Counted from the stretch's first letter, positions 8,492 through 20,228 are shown. The stretch is 56,985 bases of DNA from Candidatus Sumerlaeia bacterium (GCA_033764015.1 JANRJK010000012.1:1-56985), one strand, 5' to 3'. The notes: a model not told the origin generated them from the sequence alone. Numbers and translations are program-made.

Positions 8492-9346
8492 ATGGCTACC
8501 CGGAACCGCGCAAACTGCTTCGAGGACGGCGTTTCGACCTATCTCGGCGAAGTCGGCGACCACCCGGTCCTGACCCGCGAGGAGGAGCAGGCGCTCTTCC
8601 AGCGCCTCGAAACCGGCGACGACGCCGCGCGCGAGGAGCTGGTGCGCTGCAACCTGCGGTTCGTGGTGAAGATCGCCCTCAAGTACCGCCACTGCGGCGT
8701 GCCCCTCGCCGACCTGATCCAGGAAGGGAACATCGGCCTGCTGACGGTGCTCGACAAGTTCGACTGGCGCCGCGGGTACCGGTTCTCGACCTACGCCGCG
8801 TTCTGGATCCGGCAGGAGATCCAGGCGGCAGTCCGCCAGCGCGCGAACCTGATCCGCCTCCCGGTGCGCAAGGCGCGCCTCCTCGCCAAGATGGAGGAGC
8901 AGTCCAAGGCGTTCGCCATGCGCGAAGGGCGCGAGCCCAACGTCGAGGAACTCGCCGCGGAGCTCGCCGTCGAGGTGGAGAAGATCGAAGCGCTGCTCCC
9001 CTTCCGCGACGCCGTGATGTCGCTCGAGGCGGAGCGCTCCGAGGACGGCGCGTGCCTCCTCGACGCGATGTGCGACGAGGGCGCCCCCGCGCCCGGCGAC
9101 GACCTGCTCGAGGAGGAGCGCTGCCGCCTGGTGCGCGACGCCTTCCGCCACCTGTCGGACCGCGAGCGCGAAGTGGTCTCGCACCGCTACGGCTTCCGCG
9201 AGGACGGCCGCGCGCTGAGCCTCCGCAAGACGTCGGCGATCGTCGGCCTCAGCCAGGAAGGCGTGCGCCGCGTCGAGATGCGCGCGCTCGGCAAGCTCGG
9301 GCGCCCCGCCGTCTCGGCGCCGCTGCGCGACCTGCTCATCGCCTGA
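8492..9346 (+). CDS. Sigma-70 family RNA polymerase sigma factor (RpoD/RpoS-like, no region 1.1)
   Basis: YL.E....PVLT.EEE (1.2), NLRFVV.IA..Y, DLIQEGNIGL...KFD..RGYRFSTYA.FWIRQ (2), region 3, and the region 4 HTH LS.EGVRR.E.RAL.KL. Confidence 0.92.
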   Translation: MATRNRANCFEDGVSTYLGEVGDHPVLTREEEQALFQRLETGDDAAREELVRCNLRFVVKIALKYRHCGVPLADLIQEGNIGLLTVLDKFDWRRGYRFSTYAAFWIRQEIQAAVRQRANLIRLPVRKARLLAKMEEQSKAFAMREGREPNVEELAAELAVEVEKIEALLPFRDAVMSLEAERSEDGACLLDAMCDEGAPAPGDDLLEEERCRLVRDAFRHLSDREREVVSHRYGFREDGRALSLRKTSAIVGLSQEGVRRVEMRALGKLGRPAVSAPLRDLLIA

Positions 9347-9386
9347 GCGCCCCCCGCCAAAGCTTCATCGCATCAATCCCCGCCCA

Positions 9387-9423
9387 GCCGCCCCCGCCCT
9401 GCCCCGGCGGGGGCGGCGCTTTT
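9387..9423 (+). terminator. Probable intrinsic terminator between the sigma gene and clpX
   Basis: 12-bp stem GCCGCCCCCGCC / GGCGGGGGCGGC, 7-nt loop, then GCTTTT. Confidence 0.55.
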
Positions 9424-9518
9424 CCGCGCCGCGGGCGCATTGCGGCATTCGGATTGCGCGAGGCTTCGAGCGCGCGCGAACCTCCCACGCGTGACACGAG
9501 GAAAGAACAGGGATCCGT

Positions 9519-10778
<1,260 letters not shown>

Positions 10779-10784
10779 CGCGGA

Positions 10785-13361
10785 TCAGTTCAGCGACTCG
10801 ACGCGCGCGAGCACGTCGCGGTAGCCGGCGTCGATGCGCAGCAGCAGCTTGAAGAGCGACAGCGACCGGTCGTGGATCCGCGACTGGTAGAACATGTCGG
10901 CGATCTCGTAGATCAGGTCCATCAGCCCGCGCAGCTCCTCCTGGTTGTCGGACAGGGACAGCTGCACTTCCGAAAGCGTCTCCCACGCGACGTCGTAGAG
11001 CTTCTTCTGCGCGAAGACGTGGGCGAGCTTCACCTTCGCGCGGCGCGCCGTCGCCGGCTCCCGCGAGGCGCGCTGGTAGAACGTGATCGCGTCGTTCAGG
11101 TTCGCGAGCGCCCGCGCGATGTCGCCCAGCTCCTCCAGCGTCTCCGGCGATCCGCGCCCCTCCTCGGTCTCGCGCCGCAAGTGCTCGAAGCGCTTCTTGC
11201 CGAGGCCCTTGTCCACCTCCTCGCGGAGCTGCTGCAGCTTGAAGGGCTCGATCTCGGCCGTCTCGAGCTGCTTGAGGTACTGCCGCGCGTCCTCCGGCGT
11301 GCCGTGCGTCACCGCCAGCGCGATGATCTGCTGCAGCAGGCCCGCCTCGATCTGCTCGCCGGCCTCCGCCATGCGCAGCAGGAACCGCCGCGCGTTCGCG
11401 TAGTTGTCGAGCGCCATGTACGCCTTCGCCAGGAAGCGCCGGCACCCGGCGTCCTCCTTCCCCCCGTTCGCCAGGTAGAGCGAGTAGTACTGGATCGCCT
11501 CCGGGTAGAGGCGCTCCGACGCGTGGCATTCCGCCAGCAGCCGCAGCGTGGGCAGGTGGCTCGGGTCCCGCCGCAGGATGCGCTGGACGCTTTCCCGGAG
11601 CGTCCCGAGCTGGTTGACGGAGCGCCCGACCATCACCTGCACCGTCTCGAGCGCGTCGTCGAGCCGGCCGCCGCGCACCTGCAGGTCCGCGAGGAAGTCG
11701 AGGTACGCGAAGTGGAAGTCCGGATCGTGCAGGTGCGCGAGGAACCGCTCCTGCACATCCGCGCGCAGGCGGTCGTTCAGGTGCAGCAGCCGGTCCGCGT
11801 GCGAAAGCGCCCGCTCGACGGGACCGCTGGCGAGCAGCCGGTCCAGGAGTTCCAGCTGGAGCTTGAGGTCGTCGGGCGCGGCGGTGGCGCGGTCGACGAG
11901 CCCGGCCAGGTCGGAGGAGAGCTGGGCGCGCTCGACACGGCGGACGAAGTCCTCCGCCTGGTCGCGCAGCGCGTCGGCGAGCGGGTCCTGCGCGAGCACC
12001 CAGCGGGCGGCCTCGCGCGCTTCGTCCAGCGCGCCGCGCTCGAACTGGACGCGGGCGAGCAGGATGCCGGAGCGCGGCGTCCTCTTCGAGCGCCGGTGCC
12101 ACTCGTTGACCACCTCGAGAGCCTCGTCGAAGCGCCCCGTGGCGAGGTAGGCGTCGGCGAGTTCGAACCACGTCTCGGCGTCGGCGGAGCCTTCGTCCAC
12201 CAGGCGGCGCAGGAGCCTCGCCAGCTTGATCGGCAGGCGCTGCCGCCGGTAGGTGTCGAGCAGCTTCTCGCGCACCGCCTCCTGCGACCAGTCCGCCTCG
12301 ATGCTCTTCTCGAGCCACTTCACGCGGGCCTCGTGGTTCGCCATGCGTTCCGCCTGGTCCGCCATCAGGTTGAGCGCGGGGACGAACTCGCCGGAGCGTT
12401 CCAGGACCGCCTTGGCGATCTTCTGGCTCCCCTTGAAGGGGATGCCTTCGAGGCGGGCGAGGCCGCGCGCGAGGACGACCGCGGCCTCGAAGTCGCCGGC
12501 TTCGAGCACGAACAGCCCGGCGCGTTCGAGGAACAGCGGGTCCTCCGGCAGGTCGTTGCCGGCCAGCAGTTCGAGCGCCTCCGCCTGGTGCCCCTGCTCC
12601 GCCAGCTCCTCGAAGAGCCCGCGCAGCAGCACCGGGTCGCCGGGGACGAGCCGCTGGAGTTCGCGCAGGTAGTCGAGGTAGCGGTCGGGCAGCTTGCGCT
12701 CGCTGGCGAGCTGGCAGAGGCACTCGAGCACGTCGGGGTCGCGCCGTCCCTCGGCGTGCATGCGCTCGAGGATTTCCGCGGCGCGCCCGCGGTCGCCGTT
12801 GCGGAAGTCGGCCAGCGCGGTGGCGCGCAGGATTCCGGGCTGGCCCGGCTGGAAAAGGAGGAGCATGCGGCCGGCGAAGAGCGCGAGGGACTCGTTGCCG
12901 GCGGCGTCGGCGCGGCGGGAAACCTCTCGCCAGAGGAGCCGGTTGCCGAACTCGAAGCCCGCGACCAGCCCTCCTCCGGCGGCCCCGAGCAGCCCCAGGA
13001 ACGCGATCGCCGCCGCGTCCGTCCGCGGCGGATCCAGCATCAGGTCCTCGCGGAAGACGATCCACCGCAGCGGCAGCGCCGCCAGCATCGGGATCACCGC
13101 GGCGCTGGGGATGGCGATCCGGAGCGGGCGCGACTTGGCTCCGCTGTCGAAGGAGAGCGCGTAGCCCAGCAGCCACGCGAACACGGAGGCGGTCAGCACG
13201 CGCCACGCGTTCTCCGCGAGGTCCGCGGGCAGGACGCCGCGGTCCTCGAGGGTGGGAAGCCAGCGCCCGCCGCCGAGCGTGGCGAGGCCCCAGGCGAGCG
13301 CCGCTCCCGAGAGCGCCGCCGCCAGCAGCATCAACGCGGTTCCGAGCTGTCTCCGGGTCAT
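10785..13361 (-). CDS. Membrane-anchored tetratricopeptide-repeat protein
   Basis: About four N-terminal TM segments followed by about 700 aa of TPR-like helical repeats; ends in IDAGYRDV..R. Confidence 0.75.
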   Translation of the reverse strand: MTRRQLGTALMLLAAALSGAALAWGLATLGGGRWLPTLEDRGVLPADLAENAWRVLTASVFAWLLGYALSFDSGAKSRPLRIAIPSAAVIPMLAALPLRWIVFREDLMLDPPRTDAAAIAFLGLLGAAGGGLVAGFEFGNRLLWREVSRRADAAGNESLALFAGRMLLLFQPGQPGILRATALADFRNGDRGRAAEILERMHAEGRRDPDVLECLCQLASERKLPDRYLDYLRELQRLVPGDPVLLRGLFEELAEQGHQAEALELLAGNDLPEDPLFLERAGLFVLEAGDFEAAVVLARGLARLEGIPFKGSQKIAKAVLERSGEFVPALNLMADQAERMANHEARVKWLEKSIEADWSQEAVREKLLDTYRRQRLPIKLARLLRRLVDEGSADAETWFELADAYLATGRFDEALEVVNEWHRRSKRTPRSGILLARVQFERGALDEAREAARWVLAQDPLADALRDQAEDFVRRVERAQLSSDLAGLVDRATAAPDDLKLQLELLDRLLASGPVERALSHADRLLHLNDRLRADVQERFLAHLHDPDFHFAYLDFLADLQVRGGRLDDALETVQVMVGRSVNQLGTLRESVQRILRRDPSHLPTLRLLAECHASERLYPEAIQYYSLYLANGGKEDAGCRRFLAKAYMALDNYANARRFLLRMAEAGEQIEAGLLQQIIALAVTHGTPEDARQYLKQLETAEIEPFKLQQLREEVDKGLGKKRFEHLRRETEEGRGSPETLEELGDIARALANLNDAITFYQRASREPATARRAKVKLAHVFAQKKLYDVAWETLSEVQLSLSDNQEELRGLMDLIYEIADMFYQSRIHDRSLSLFKLLLRIDAGYRDVLARVESLN

Positions 13362-13449
13362 AGCCGTCCTGTGGTCCCGCGGTCGCCGCGGGGCGTTCGT
13401 CTAGGCGCAATCAAGCGGATGGAGGCTGCGGCGCGGCCGGGCGGGGGAC

Positions 13450-13487
13450 AAAAGGAAATCCCCCGGAGGCGCGGGGCCTCCGGGGGA
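13450..13487 (-). terminator. Intrinsic terminator after tig
   Basis: Minus strand TCCCCCGGAGGC-cccgc-GCCTCCGGGGGA followed by TTTCCTTTT. Confidence 0.7.
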
Positions 13488-13513
13488 AAGCGTCCCGCCG
13501 GGGCGGGGGGGCA

Positions 13514-14980
13514 TCAGACCTGCTGTTCCTCGTCCGGCGCGGTGGCGTCCACGACGTCCTGGCCGGACTTCTGCTCGTTGTAGTGGATCTCCGCCTTGGC
13601 GAACAGGAAGTCGTTCACCAGCTTCACGCGGAGGTCCTCCTTGAACTTGTCCATGGTCTTGTTCGCCTCGAGCTGCGCGCGGATCGCGAGCGGCTTGCGG
13701 CCGGAGCGCTCCGCGACGCGGGCGAGCTCCGCGTTCACCGCGTCCTCGGTCACCTCGATGCCGTTCGCCTTGGCGACGGCGTTGGCGATGAAGAAGTTCC
13801 GCAGGTCCGTGCGCGTGTTGCTCGCCATCTGGCCGAGGAGCTGCTGGCGCTGCTGCCCGTCCACCTGGTTCAGCGTCATGTTCTGGCTGCGGAGGCGGCG
13901 CTCCACGTCCATCACGTTGTTCTGGAAGGCGCGCTCGAGGAGCGACTGCGGCAGCTCGACCTTCGCGCGCTCGCCGATCATGTTGTAGACGCGCGTGAGC
14001 ACCTCGCGGCGCGTGCGCTCCTCCGCGTTCTCGCGGAGCTGCTTCGCGAGCCGCTCCTTGAGCTGGCCGAGCGACTCCACCTCCGCGTCCACGTCCTTGG
14101 CGAACTCGTCGTCCAGGGCGGGGAGGACGCGCCGCTTGATCTCGCGGATCGTGATCTCGTAGTTGATCGTGTGCGAATGCTCGTGGGCCTCTGCGTCGCC
14201 CTCGTGCTTCGCCGTGTGCGTGTACGTGTCCTTGATCTGGACCGTCTCGCCGCGCTTGTGGCCGGAGAGCCCGTCGAGGACCGACTTCGGCAGGAACTTC
14301 TCGAGCTCCTGCGTGTAGAAGTTCTTGTCGGAGAGGTCGGGGATCAGCATCCCGTGCTCGTTGGTGGCGGCGCAGTCGAACAGCAGGCCGTCGCCGGTCT
14401 GGAACGCGTAGTCGCCCTTCGCGGGCTCGTAGGTGGCGTTGCGCGCGCGGAGCTGCTCCAGCGCGGCGGCCACCGTCGAGTCGTCGACGTTCAGCTTGGC
14501 GACCTCGACCTTCAGGGCGTCGAGCGTGCCGGCCTCGAGCACCACGTTCGGGCGCACCTCGATGGCGAACTCGACGTGGGTGCCGATCTCCTTGTCGCTA
14601 TGGAACGACATGAGGAAGGGGTTCCCGAGCAGTTCGAGCCCTTCGGCCTCGGCGGCGAGCTCGGCGAGGCGCGGCGTGATGCGGCGCACCATCTCCTCGC
14701 GCGCCTGCTTCTCGAAGCGCTTGTGCACGAGCGCGGCGGGCGCCTTGCCCGGACGGAAGCCCGGCAGCGCGGCGAACTTGACGAACTCCTTCATGATCTC
14801 CTTGAGGACCAGCTCCGCATCGGCCTCCTCGACGGTGACCTTGAAGCGCCAGCGCGAGCCGGGGAGCTTTTCCGCGGCGACCTTCGTGAAGCCGAGGGCG
14901 CGCGACTTCTTCTCAAGCAGGGCCTCGAGGACCGAGCCCTTTTCCGACTCCGCAACGGCGGTCTGGGACTGATCGGACAC
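13514..14980 (-). CDS. tig: Trigger factor
   Basis: LPGFRPGKAP ribosome-binding motif, LPALDDEFAK and C-terminal domain; GTG at 14980 with a GAAGGAG RBS. Confidence 0.93.
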   Translation of the reverse strand: MSDQSQTAVAESEKGSVLEALLEKKSRALGFTKVAAEKLPGSRWRFKVTVEEADAELVLKEIMKEFVKFAALPGFRPGKAPAALVHKRFEKQAREEMVRRITPRLAELAAEAEGLELLGNPFLMSFHSDKEIGTHVEFAIEVRPNVVLEAGTLDALKVEVAKLNVDDSTVAAALEQLRARNATYEPAKGDYAFQTGDGLLFDCAATNEHGMLIPDLSDKNFYTQELEKFLPKSVLDGLSGHKRGETVQIKDTYTHTAKHEGDAEAHEHSHTINYEITIREIKRRVLPALDDEFAKDVDAEVESLGQLKERLAKQLRENAEERTRREVLTRVYNMIGERAKVELPQSLLERAFQNNVMDVERRLRSQNMTLNQVDGQQRQQLLGQMASNTRTDLRNFFIANAVAKANGIEVTEDAVNAELARVAERSGRKPLAIRAQLEANKTMDKFKEDLRVKLVNDFLFAKAEIHYNEQKSGQDVVDATAPDEEQQV

Positions 14981-15215
14981 GAACGTACTCCTTCGGGGAA
15001 AATCCATGGGTTCGCCAGGGGGTCCGCGGGCGGCCTCGGGGCGGCGCGCGGCGACCGGGGCGCGGCATCGCCGCGCGAAGCCCGTCAAGCTAGGAACCCT
15101 GCCTCCCGCGCCACAAGCGGAAACGGGCCCCGACCCCGCGCCGCCACGCCGCGCTTGCCTTCCCCCGCGCCCGGCGCGCCCGTTGGACCGGTCCCGCCGG
15201 AGGGGGCGCGCAGCC

Positions 15216-16082
15216 TTGACGAACCTCGACCAAGCACTGGAGGCCGCCCTCGGCTCCCCGCCCGCCGCATCCCGCGCCGTCGGCGGCGGGTGCATCGCCG
15301 AAGCCCGGATCGTCGCGCTGGCGGATGGACGGCGCATCTTCCTCAAGACGCACCCCGCGCCCCCGCCCCGCTTCTTCGAGTGCGAGGCCGCCGGCCTCGA
15401 AGCGCTCGGCCGCGCCGGTGTCCTCCGAGTGCCCGCCGTGCTCGCCACCGGGCCGGAGGACGCCCCCTTCCTCGCGCTCGAACTGGTGGAGTCCGGCCAG
15501 CGCGGCCCGGGATTCCACGCCCGGTTCGGCGCCGCGCTCAACCGCCTGCACCGCGCCACCTCGGGCGGGGCGTTCGGCTTCGCGCACGACAACTACATCG
15601 GCGCGACGCCGCAGCGGAACGGCTGGATGGACGATTGGCTCGATTTCCTCCGCGAGCGCCGCTTCCTCCCCCAGCTCGCCCTCCTCGAACGCAACGGCCT
15701 CTCGTCCCGGAAGCTCCGCCACCTCACGGACCGCCTCCTCGGGCGCCTGCCGGAGCTGCTCGGCGAGAGCGCCCGGGAGCCGGCGGTCCTCCTCCACGGC
15801 GACCTGTGGGGCGGCAACTACCTGGTCGACGAGCGCGGCGAACCGGTGCTGATCGATCCCGCAGCCTACCACGGCCACCGCGAAATGGACCTCGCGATGA
15901 CGCAGCTGTACGGCGGCTTCCCCGGGAGTTTCCTGCAAGGCTACGACGAGGAGTGGCCGCTCGCGCCCGGCTGGCGCGAGCGCATGCCGATTTACCAGCT
16001 CTACCACATGCTGAACCACGCCAACCTCTTCGGCGCGCACTACCTCGAGCAGGCGCTGGCGACGCTGGCCGAATACTCCTAG
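15216..16082 (+). CDS. Fructosamine kinase family protein
   Basis: VGGGCI, FLK, EAAGL.AL, FGF.HDNYIG.TPQ.N, LLHGDLWGGN, IDPA.YHGHREMDLAM and YQLYH.LNH.NLFG; TTG start inferred. Confidence 0.92.
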   Translation: MTNLDQALEAALGSPPAASRAVGGGCIAEARIVALADGRRIFLKTHPAPPPRFFECEAAGLEALGRAGVLRVPAVLATGPEDAPFLALELVESGQRGPGFHARFGAALNRLHRATSGGAFGFAHDNYIGATPQRNGWMDDWLDFLRERRFLPQLALLERNGLSSRKLRHLTDRLLGRLPELLGESAREPAVLLHGDLWGGNYLVDERGEPVLIDPAAYHGHREMDLAMTQLYGGFPGSFLQGYDEEWPLAPGWRERMPIYQLYHMLNHANLFGAHYLEQALATLAEYS

Positions 16083-16191
16083 CCCGGCTACCGTTGCGCC
16101 GGCGCGCCCGTGTCGCTTGGCGTGATCCTTGCCCCGCCGGAGCCGAGCCGTACGGACTGCTCGCGAGACCCGCACCTCCAAGGCCAACCCT

Positions 16192-17235
16192 GTGATCAAG
16201 AGCGCCCGGCCCGTCCTCGTCACGCTCTTCTTCGTCGCGATGATGGGGCTCCTCTTCCGCGACCACGTCCTGCCCTCGCTCATGCAGGGCGAACGCCTGA
16301 ATGTCGACTCGACGCTGGTGCAGGACGCCTGGGCGGACCGCGACGATTTCCTGGCGGTGCGCTTCTCGGGGCAGGAGCGGGGCGGCCTGCGCATCAACTC
16401 GACGCGGATCGAGGAGGACCCGCCGCGGTACCTCTTCACGGCGCAGCTCTCGATCCGGACCCCCTTCCTCAGCGGCACGCTGGTCGCCGCCGCCACCGCG
16501 AACCGCCGCATGGAACTGGAGCAGTTCGAGGCCACGGTCGATGTGCCGCGCCTCCGCGGTCCGGACGACGCCGAGGGCGCGCCGCTCGCCACCGTGAGCG
16601 GGCGCGTCGCCGGCCCCGAGCTGCTCGTGCGCTTCGAGGACGCCCAGGGCGAGCGGTTCCTCCGCCAGCCGCTCCTCGCCCCGATCCGCCTCGCCGACTC
16701 GCTCGAGACGTCGCTCTTCCAGGTGATGCGCAAGCCGGGCCAGGTGTTCCGCGTCGATGTGGTCGACCCGCTCTTCGGCGGCCAGCCGGACGCCGCGCTG
16801 GTCACCTTCGAAGGCGTGGAGGATGTCGAGCTGCCCCCGCACCTCAGCGCCGGCGAAGGGGCGGCGGACGACCGCATGGCGCCCGCGTCGAAGTTCAGCG
16901 TGCTCCTCGGCCCCGTCGACTCCAGCTACTGGATGCTCGACAGCGGGCGCGTCTACCGCCGCGAGATCCGCCTCGTGTCGCGCAACCAGTCGGTGCTGCG
17001 CGCGTCGCAGCGCAATACCGCGCCGCTGCTCGTGCTCACGCTGGAGGACCCGCTCCGGATGCGCGAGCGCTACCCGGCCTTGCGCCAGCTACCGCCGATC
17101 CCGGACGTGGAGGCGGCGGGCCTGATCGGACCCGCCGGCAAGATACCGCCGAACGCCGGCGGCTTCCTCGCCCTGCTGAAGGGAACCCCGCTCGCACCCG
17201 CCATCGACGAACCCGACCCCGCCGAGGAGCCGTGA
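16192..17235 (+). CDS. Hypothetical membrane-anchored protein upstream of an ABC exporter
   Basis: N-terminal TM helix, typical codon usage, 4 nt before the ABC ATPase; start 16192 (GTG) or 16129. Confidence 0.7.
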   Translation: MIKSARPVLVTLFFVAMMGLLFRDHVLPSLMQGERLNVDSTLVQDAWADRDDFLAVRFSGQERGGLRINSTRIEEDPPRYLFTAQLSIRTPFLSGTLVAAATANRRMELEQFEATVDVPRLRGPDDAEGAPLATVSGRVAGPELLVRFEDAQGERFLRQPLLAPIRLADSLETSLFQVMRKPGQVFRVDVVDPLFGGQPDAALVTFEGVEDVELPPHLSAGEGAADDRMAPASKFSVLLGPVDSSYWMLDSGRVYRREIRLVSRNQSVLRASQRNTAPLLVLTLEDPLRMRERYPALRQLPPIPDVEAAGLIGPAGKIPPNAGGFLALLKGTPLAPAIDEPDPAEEP

Positions 17236-17239
17236 CCCG

Positions 17240-18010
17240 GTGCTCGAACTGGAAAACCTCTCGAAGACCTACGACGAGTTCCTCGCGCTCGAGGACCTCT
17301 CGCTGACGGTGCCGCCGGGCGAGTTCTTCTGCTTCCTCGGCCCCAACGGCGCCGGCAAGACGACCACCATCAAGATCATCACCGGACTCCTGCGCCCCAC
17401 CAAGGGATGCGCCCGCATCGACGGGCGCGACATCCAGCGCGACCCCATCGAGGCGAAGCGCCGCATCGGCTACATCCCCGACCAGCCCTACCTCTACGAG
17501 AAGCTCAGCGGACGCGACTTCTTCCACTTCGTCGGCAACCTCTTCGAGATCCCCCGCGCCGAGCGCGAGGCCTCCATGAAGCACTACTTCGAAGTCTTCA
17601 GCCTCTCCGCCGTCGCCGACACGCTGATCGAGAACTACAGCTTCGGCATGCGCCAGAAGCTCTGCTTCTCCGTCGCGCTGATGCACCGGCCGAAGCTCCT
17701 CGTGGTCGACGAGCCCATGGTGGGGCTCGACCCGCGCAGCGCGAAGACCGTCAAGAACCTGCTGAAGGACTTCTGCCGCAACGGCGGGACGGTCTTCCTC
17801 AGCACGCACCTGCTCGCGATCGCGGAGGAGCTGTGCGACCGCATGGGCATCATCACGCGCGGCAAGCTCCGCTACATCGGCACCGTCGACGGCCTGCGCC
17901 AGTCCATGGAGCGCTCCGGCAACCTCGAGGAGCTGTTCCTCGAGCTGACCGCGGACGGCGTGACGGACGATTCGCAGTCGCCGTTCCTCCAGCAGCCGGC
18001 GGCGGAGTAG
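17240..18010 (+). CDS. ABC transporter ATP-binding protein (ABC-2 type)
   Basis: GPNGAGKTT, YSFGMRQK, VVDEPMVGLDP and STH. Confidence 0.95.
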   Translation: MLELENLSKTYDEFLALEDLSLTVPPGEFFCFLGPNGAGKTTTIKIITGLLRPTKGCARIDGRDIQRDPIEAKRRIGYIPDQPYLYEKLSGRDFFHFVGNLFEIPRAEREASMKHYFEVFSLSAVADTLIENYSFGMRQKLCFSVALMHRPKLLVVDEPMVGLDPRSAKTVKNLLKDFCRNGGTVFLSTHLLAIAEELCDRMGIITRGKLRYIGTVDGLRQSMERSGNLEELFLELTADGVTDDSQSPFLQQPAAE

Positions 18011-18018
18011 CGCGCGCC

Positions 18019-19806
18019 ATGTCCGCCAGCGCCGCCGCCGCCGCGCCACCCCCGCCGAAGGCCGTCCGCGAGTCCACCGCGGCGGAGCGCCTCCACACGC
18101 GGCTCGTCCTGGGCGCGAAGTTCCGCATGGCGGACAACGCGCTGCGCAACATCCGCCGCCACATGTACATCCACCTCGGCGTCGGCCTCGCCACGCTCTT
18201 CGGGATGCTGGGCCTCGGCTCCATGCTCTTCTACGGCCTCTTCCGCTACCTCATGCGGCAGGACGTCTTCGGACCGATCCTGATGGACCGGCTGGTGGAC
18301 CTCGTCATCCTGATCTTCTTCTCGCTGCTCGTCTTCTCGAACCTGATCATCACGCTCTCCACCACCTACCTGTCGAAGGAGGTGGAGTTCCTCATGGGGC
18401 AGCCCGTCTCGCGGCAGGCGATCTTCCGCATGAAGCTGCTCGAGACCGTGCTCTACAGCTCCTGGGCGTTCGCGCTGCTGTCGCTGCCGCTCTTCGCGAG
18501 CTACGGCGTCTCGCGGCACGCGGTGTGGTACTTCTATCCCCTCGTCGTCGTCGCCGTGGCGCCCTTCCTCATGATCCCCGCGTCGCTCGGCGCGATCGTG
18601 ACGATGTTCCTCGCGGCGTTCTTCCCCGCGCGCAAGACGCGCACCCTCTGCATCGTGCTGGGCCTCGTCTCGATGGGCGCGTCGGTGCTGGTGGGGCGGA
18701 TGCTGGGCATCGGCCGGCTGCTGCGCAGCGCCGACGAGCAGCAGTTCGACCAGATCCTCACGGTGCTCTCCGTCGGCAACATGCCGCTGCTGCCGAGCGC
18801 CTGGCTCGGCAACGCCCTCCGCGCCATCGGCCCCGCCGACTCCGCCGACGTGGACCTCGCGCAGTACGCCTACTGGACCGCGATGCTGCTGGCGACCGGG
18901 CTGTTCCTGCTCGAGACCACGCGCTGGCTGGTGCCCCGGCTCTACTACCGCGGCTGGACGCTCGCCAAGGACACCGCCATGGCGCCGCGCAGCGAGGCCG
19001 ACCTCTCCCGCGCGCCCGCCTTCTCGCGCATCGATTCGCTCCTCGAGCGCTTTCCCGGGCCGGTCGCCGGGCTGCTCTCCAAGGACCTGAAGACCTTCTG
19101 GCGCGACCCTTCCCAATGGACGCAGATCGTCATCCTGGTCGGGCTCATGACCGTCTACATGATGAACCTGCGCGGGGCGGCCCGGTCGCAGGCCGCTGTC
19201 GAGTTCATCGTCAACGAATGGAAGTCGATCCTGGTCCTCTTCAACCTGGCGGCGAGCTGCTTCATCCTGTCGATCCTCACCACGCGCTTCGTCTACCCGA
19301 TGCTCTCGCTGGAGGGGCGCGGCTTCTGGACCGTGGGACTCGCGCCGATCCCGCGCACGCGCATCGTCTGGCAGAAGTACGTCCTCTGCCTCGCCGGATG
19401 CCTCGTGGTGAGCCACACGCTCACCGCAATCTCGAACGCGGTCCTCGAGGTGGACCCCGCATACATGCTGCTCACGCACGGAATGGTCACGGTCCTTTCG
19501 GTTGGGCTCACCTCGCTTTCCGTCGGGCTGGGCGCGATCGTGCCGAACTTCACCGAGGACAACCCGGCGCGCATCGCGAACGGGCTGGGCGGCACGCTGA
19601 ACGTGATCCTCTCGCTGCTTTACATCGGCGTCGGCGTGTGGTTGCTTGCGGTTCCCATCCATTTCGTGCCCCGCTCCGAATGGGCCGGCGCACTGTGGGA
19701 GCGGTTCGGAGCGCTCTACGTGGCTGTTGTCGCGCTGATGCACGCGGCGGTGATCCTGGTGCCGCTCCGGCTGGGTCTCCGCCGCTGGGCCGCGCACGAG
19801 TTCTGA
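18019..19806 (+). CDS. Putative ABC exporter permease
   Basis: About 12-14 TM segments with KD.K.FWRD.SQW.Q and RFVYP.LSLEG..FW motifs; ATG at 18019. Confidence 0.85.
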   Translation: MSASAAAAAPPPPKAVRESTAAERLHTRLVLGAKFRMADNALRNIRRHMYIHLGVGLATLFGMLGLGSMLFYGLFRYLMRQDVFGPILMDRLVDLVILIFFSLLVFSNLIITLSTTYLSKEVEFLMGQPVSRQAIFRMKLLETVLYSSWAFALLSLPLFASYGVSRHAVWYFYPLVVVAVAPFLMIPASLGAIVTMFLAAFFPARKTRTLCIVLGLVSMGASVLVGRMLGIGRLLRSADEQQFDQILTVLSVGNMPLLPSAWLGNALRAIGPADSADVDLAQYAYWTAMLLATGLFLLETTRWLVPRLYYRGWTLAKDTAMAPRSEADLSRAPAFSRIDSLLERFPGPVAGLLSKDLKTFWRDPSQWTQIVILVGLMTVYMMNLRGAARSQAAVEFIVNEWKSILVLFNLAASCFILSILTTRFVYPMLSLEGRGFWTVGLAPIPRTRIVWQKYVLCLAGCLVVSHTLTAISNAVLEVDPAYMLLTHGMVTVLSVGLTSLSVGLGAIVPNFTEDNPARIANGLGGTLNVILSLLYIGVGVWLLAVPIHFVPRSEWAGALWERFGALYVAVVALMHAAVILVPLRLGLRRWAAHEF

Positions 19807-19835
19807 CCGCAATCCCGACCCCGAGGTCGCATCCC

Positions 19836-20219
19836 ATGCCCGAAACCTCCGCCGCCACCGAGCTGGTGATCCGCATCGTCCGCGGCGAGGCGCCTCCCCG
19901 CGCGCTCGAAGGGCTCGGCATCGCCATGGAGCGGCAGGGCAGCCGCTGGAAGCTCGACAACGCCGCGGGCCTAACCGCGCACCCCACGATCCGGGACCTC
20001 GCCCACGGCGTCGACCGCTACGCCACCGCGCCGGAAGGCGAGCGCAAAGAGTGGGCGTCGCTCGTCATGGGCGCCTCCGGCGTGTTCAACTTCGAAGGCA
20101 TCGGCGCCGACCCCGCGGGCCACCTCCTCCTCTGCTCCATGCTCGATATCGCACTGGGCGACGAGCCGGACCGCCGCGCCCTCGAGCTCGCCAAGCTTAT
20201 CGTCGCCAAGTCGAAGTAG
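19836..20219 (+). CDS. Hypothetical protein
   Basis: 127 aa MPETSAATELVIRIVRGE..., GAGG RBS upstream, typical codon usage. Confidence 0.7.
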   Translation: MPETSAATELVIRIVRGEAPPRALEGLGIAMERQGSRWKLDNAAGLTAHPTIRDLAHGVDRYATAPEGERKEWASLVMGASGVFNFEGIGADPAGHLLLCSMLDIALGDEPDRRALELAKLIVAKSK

Positions 20220-20228
20220 CCGCCTCCC

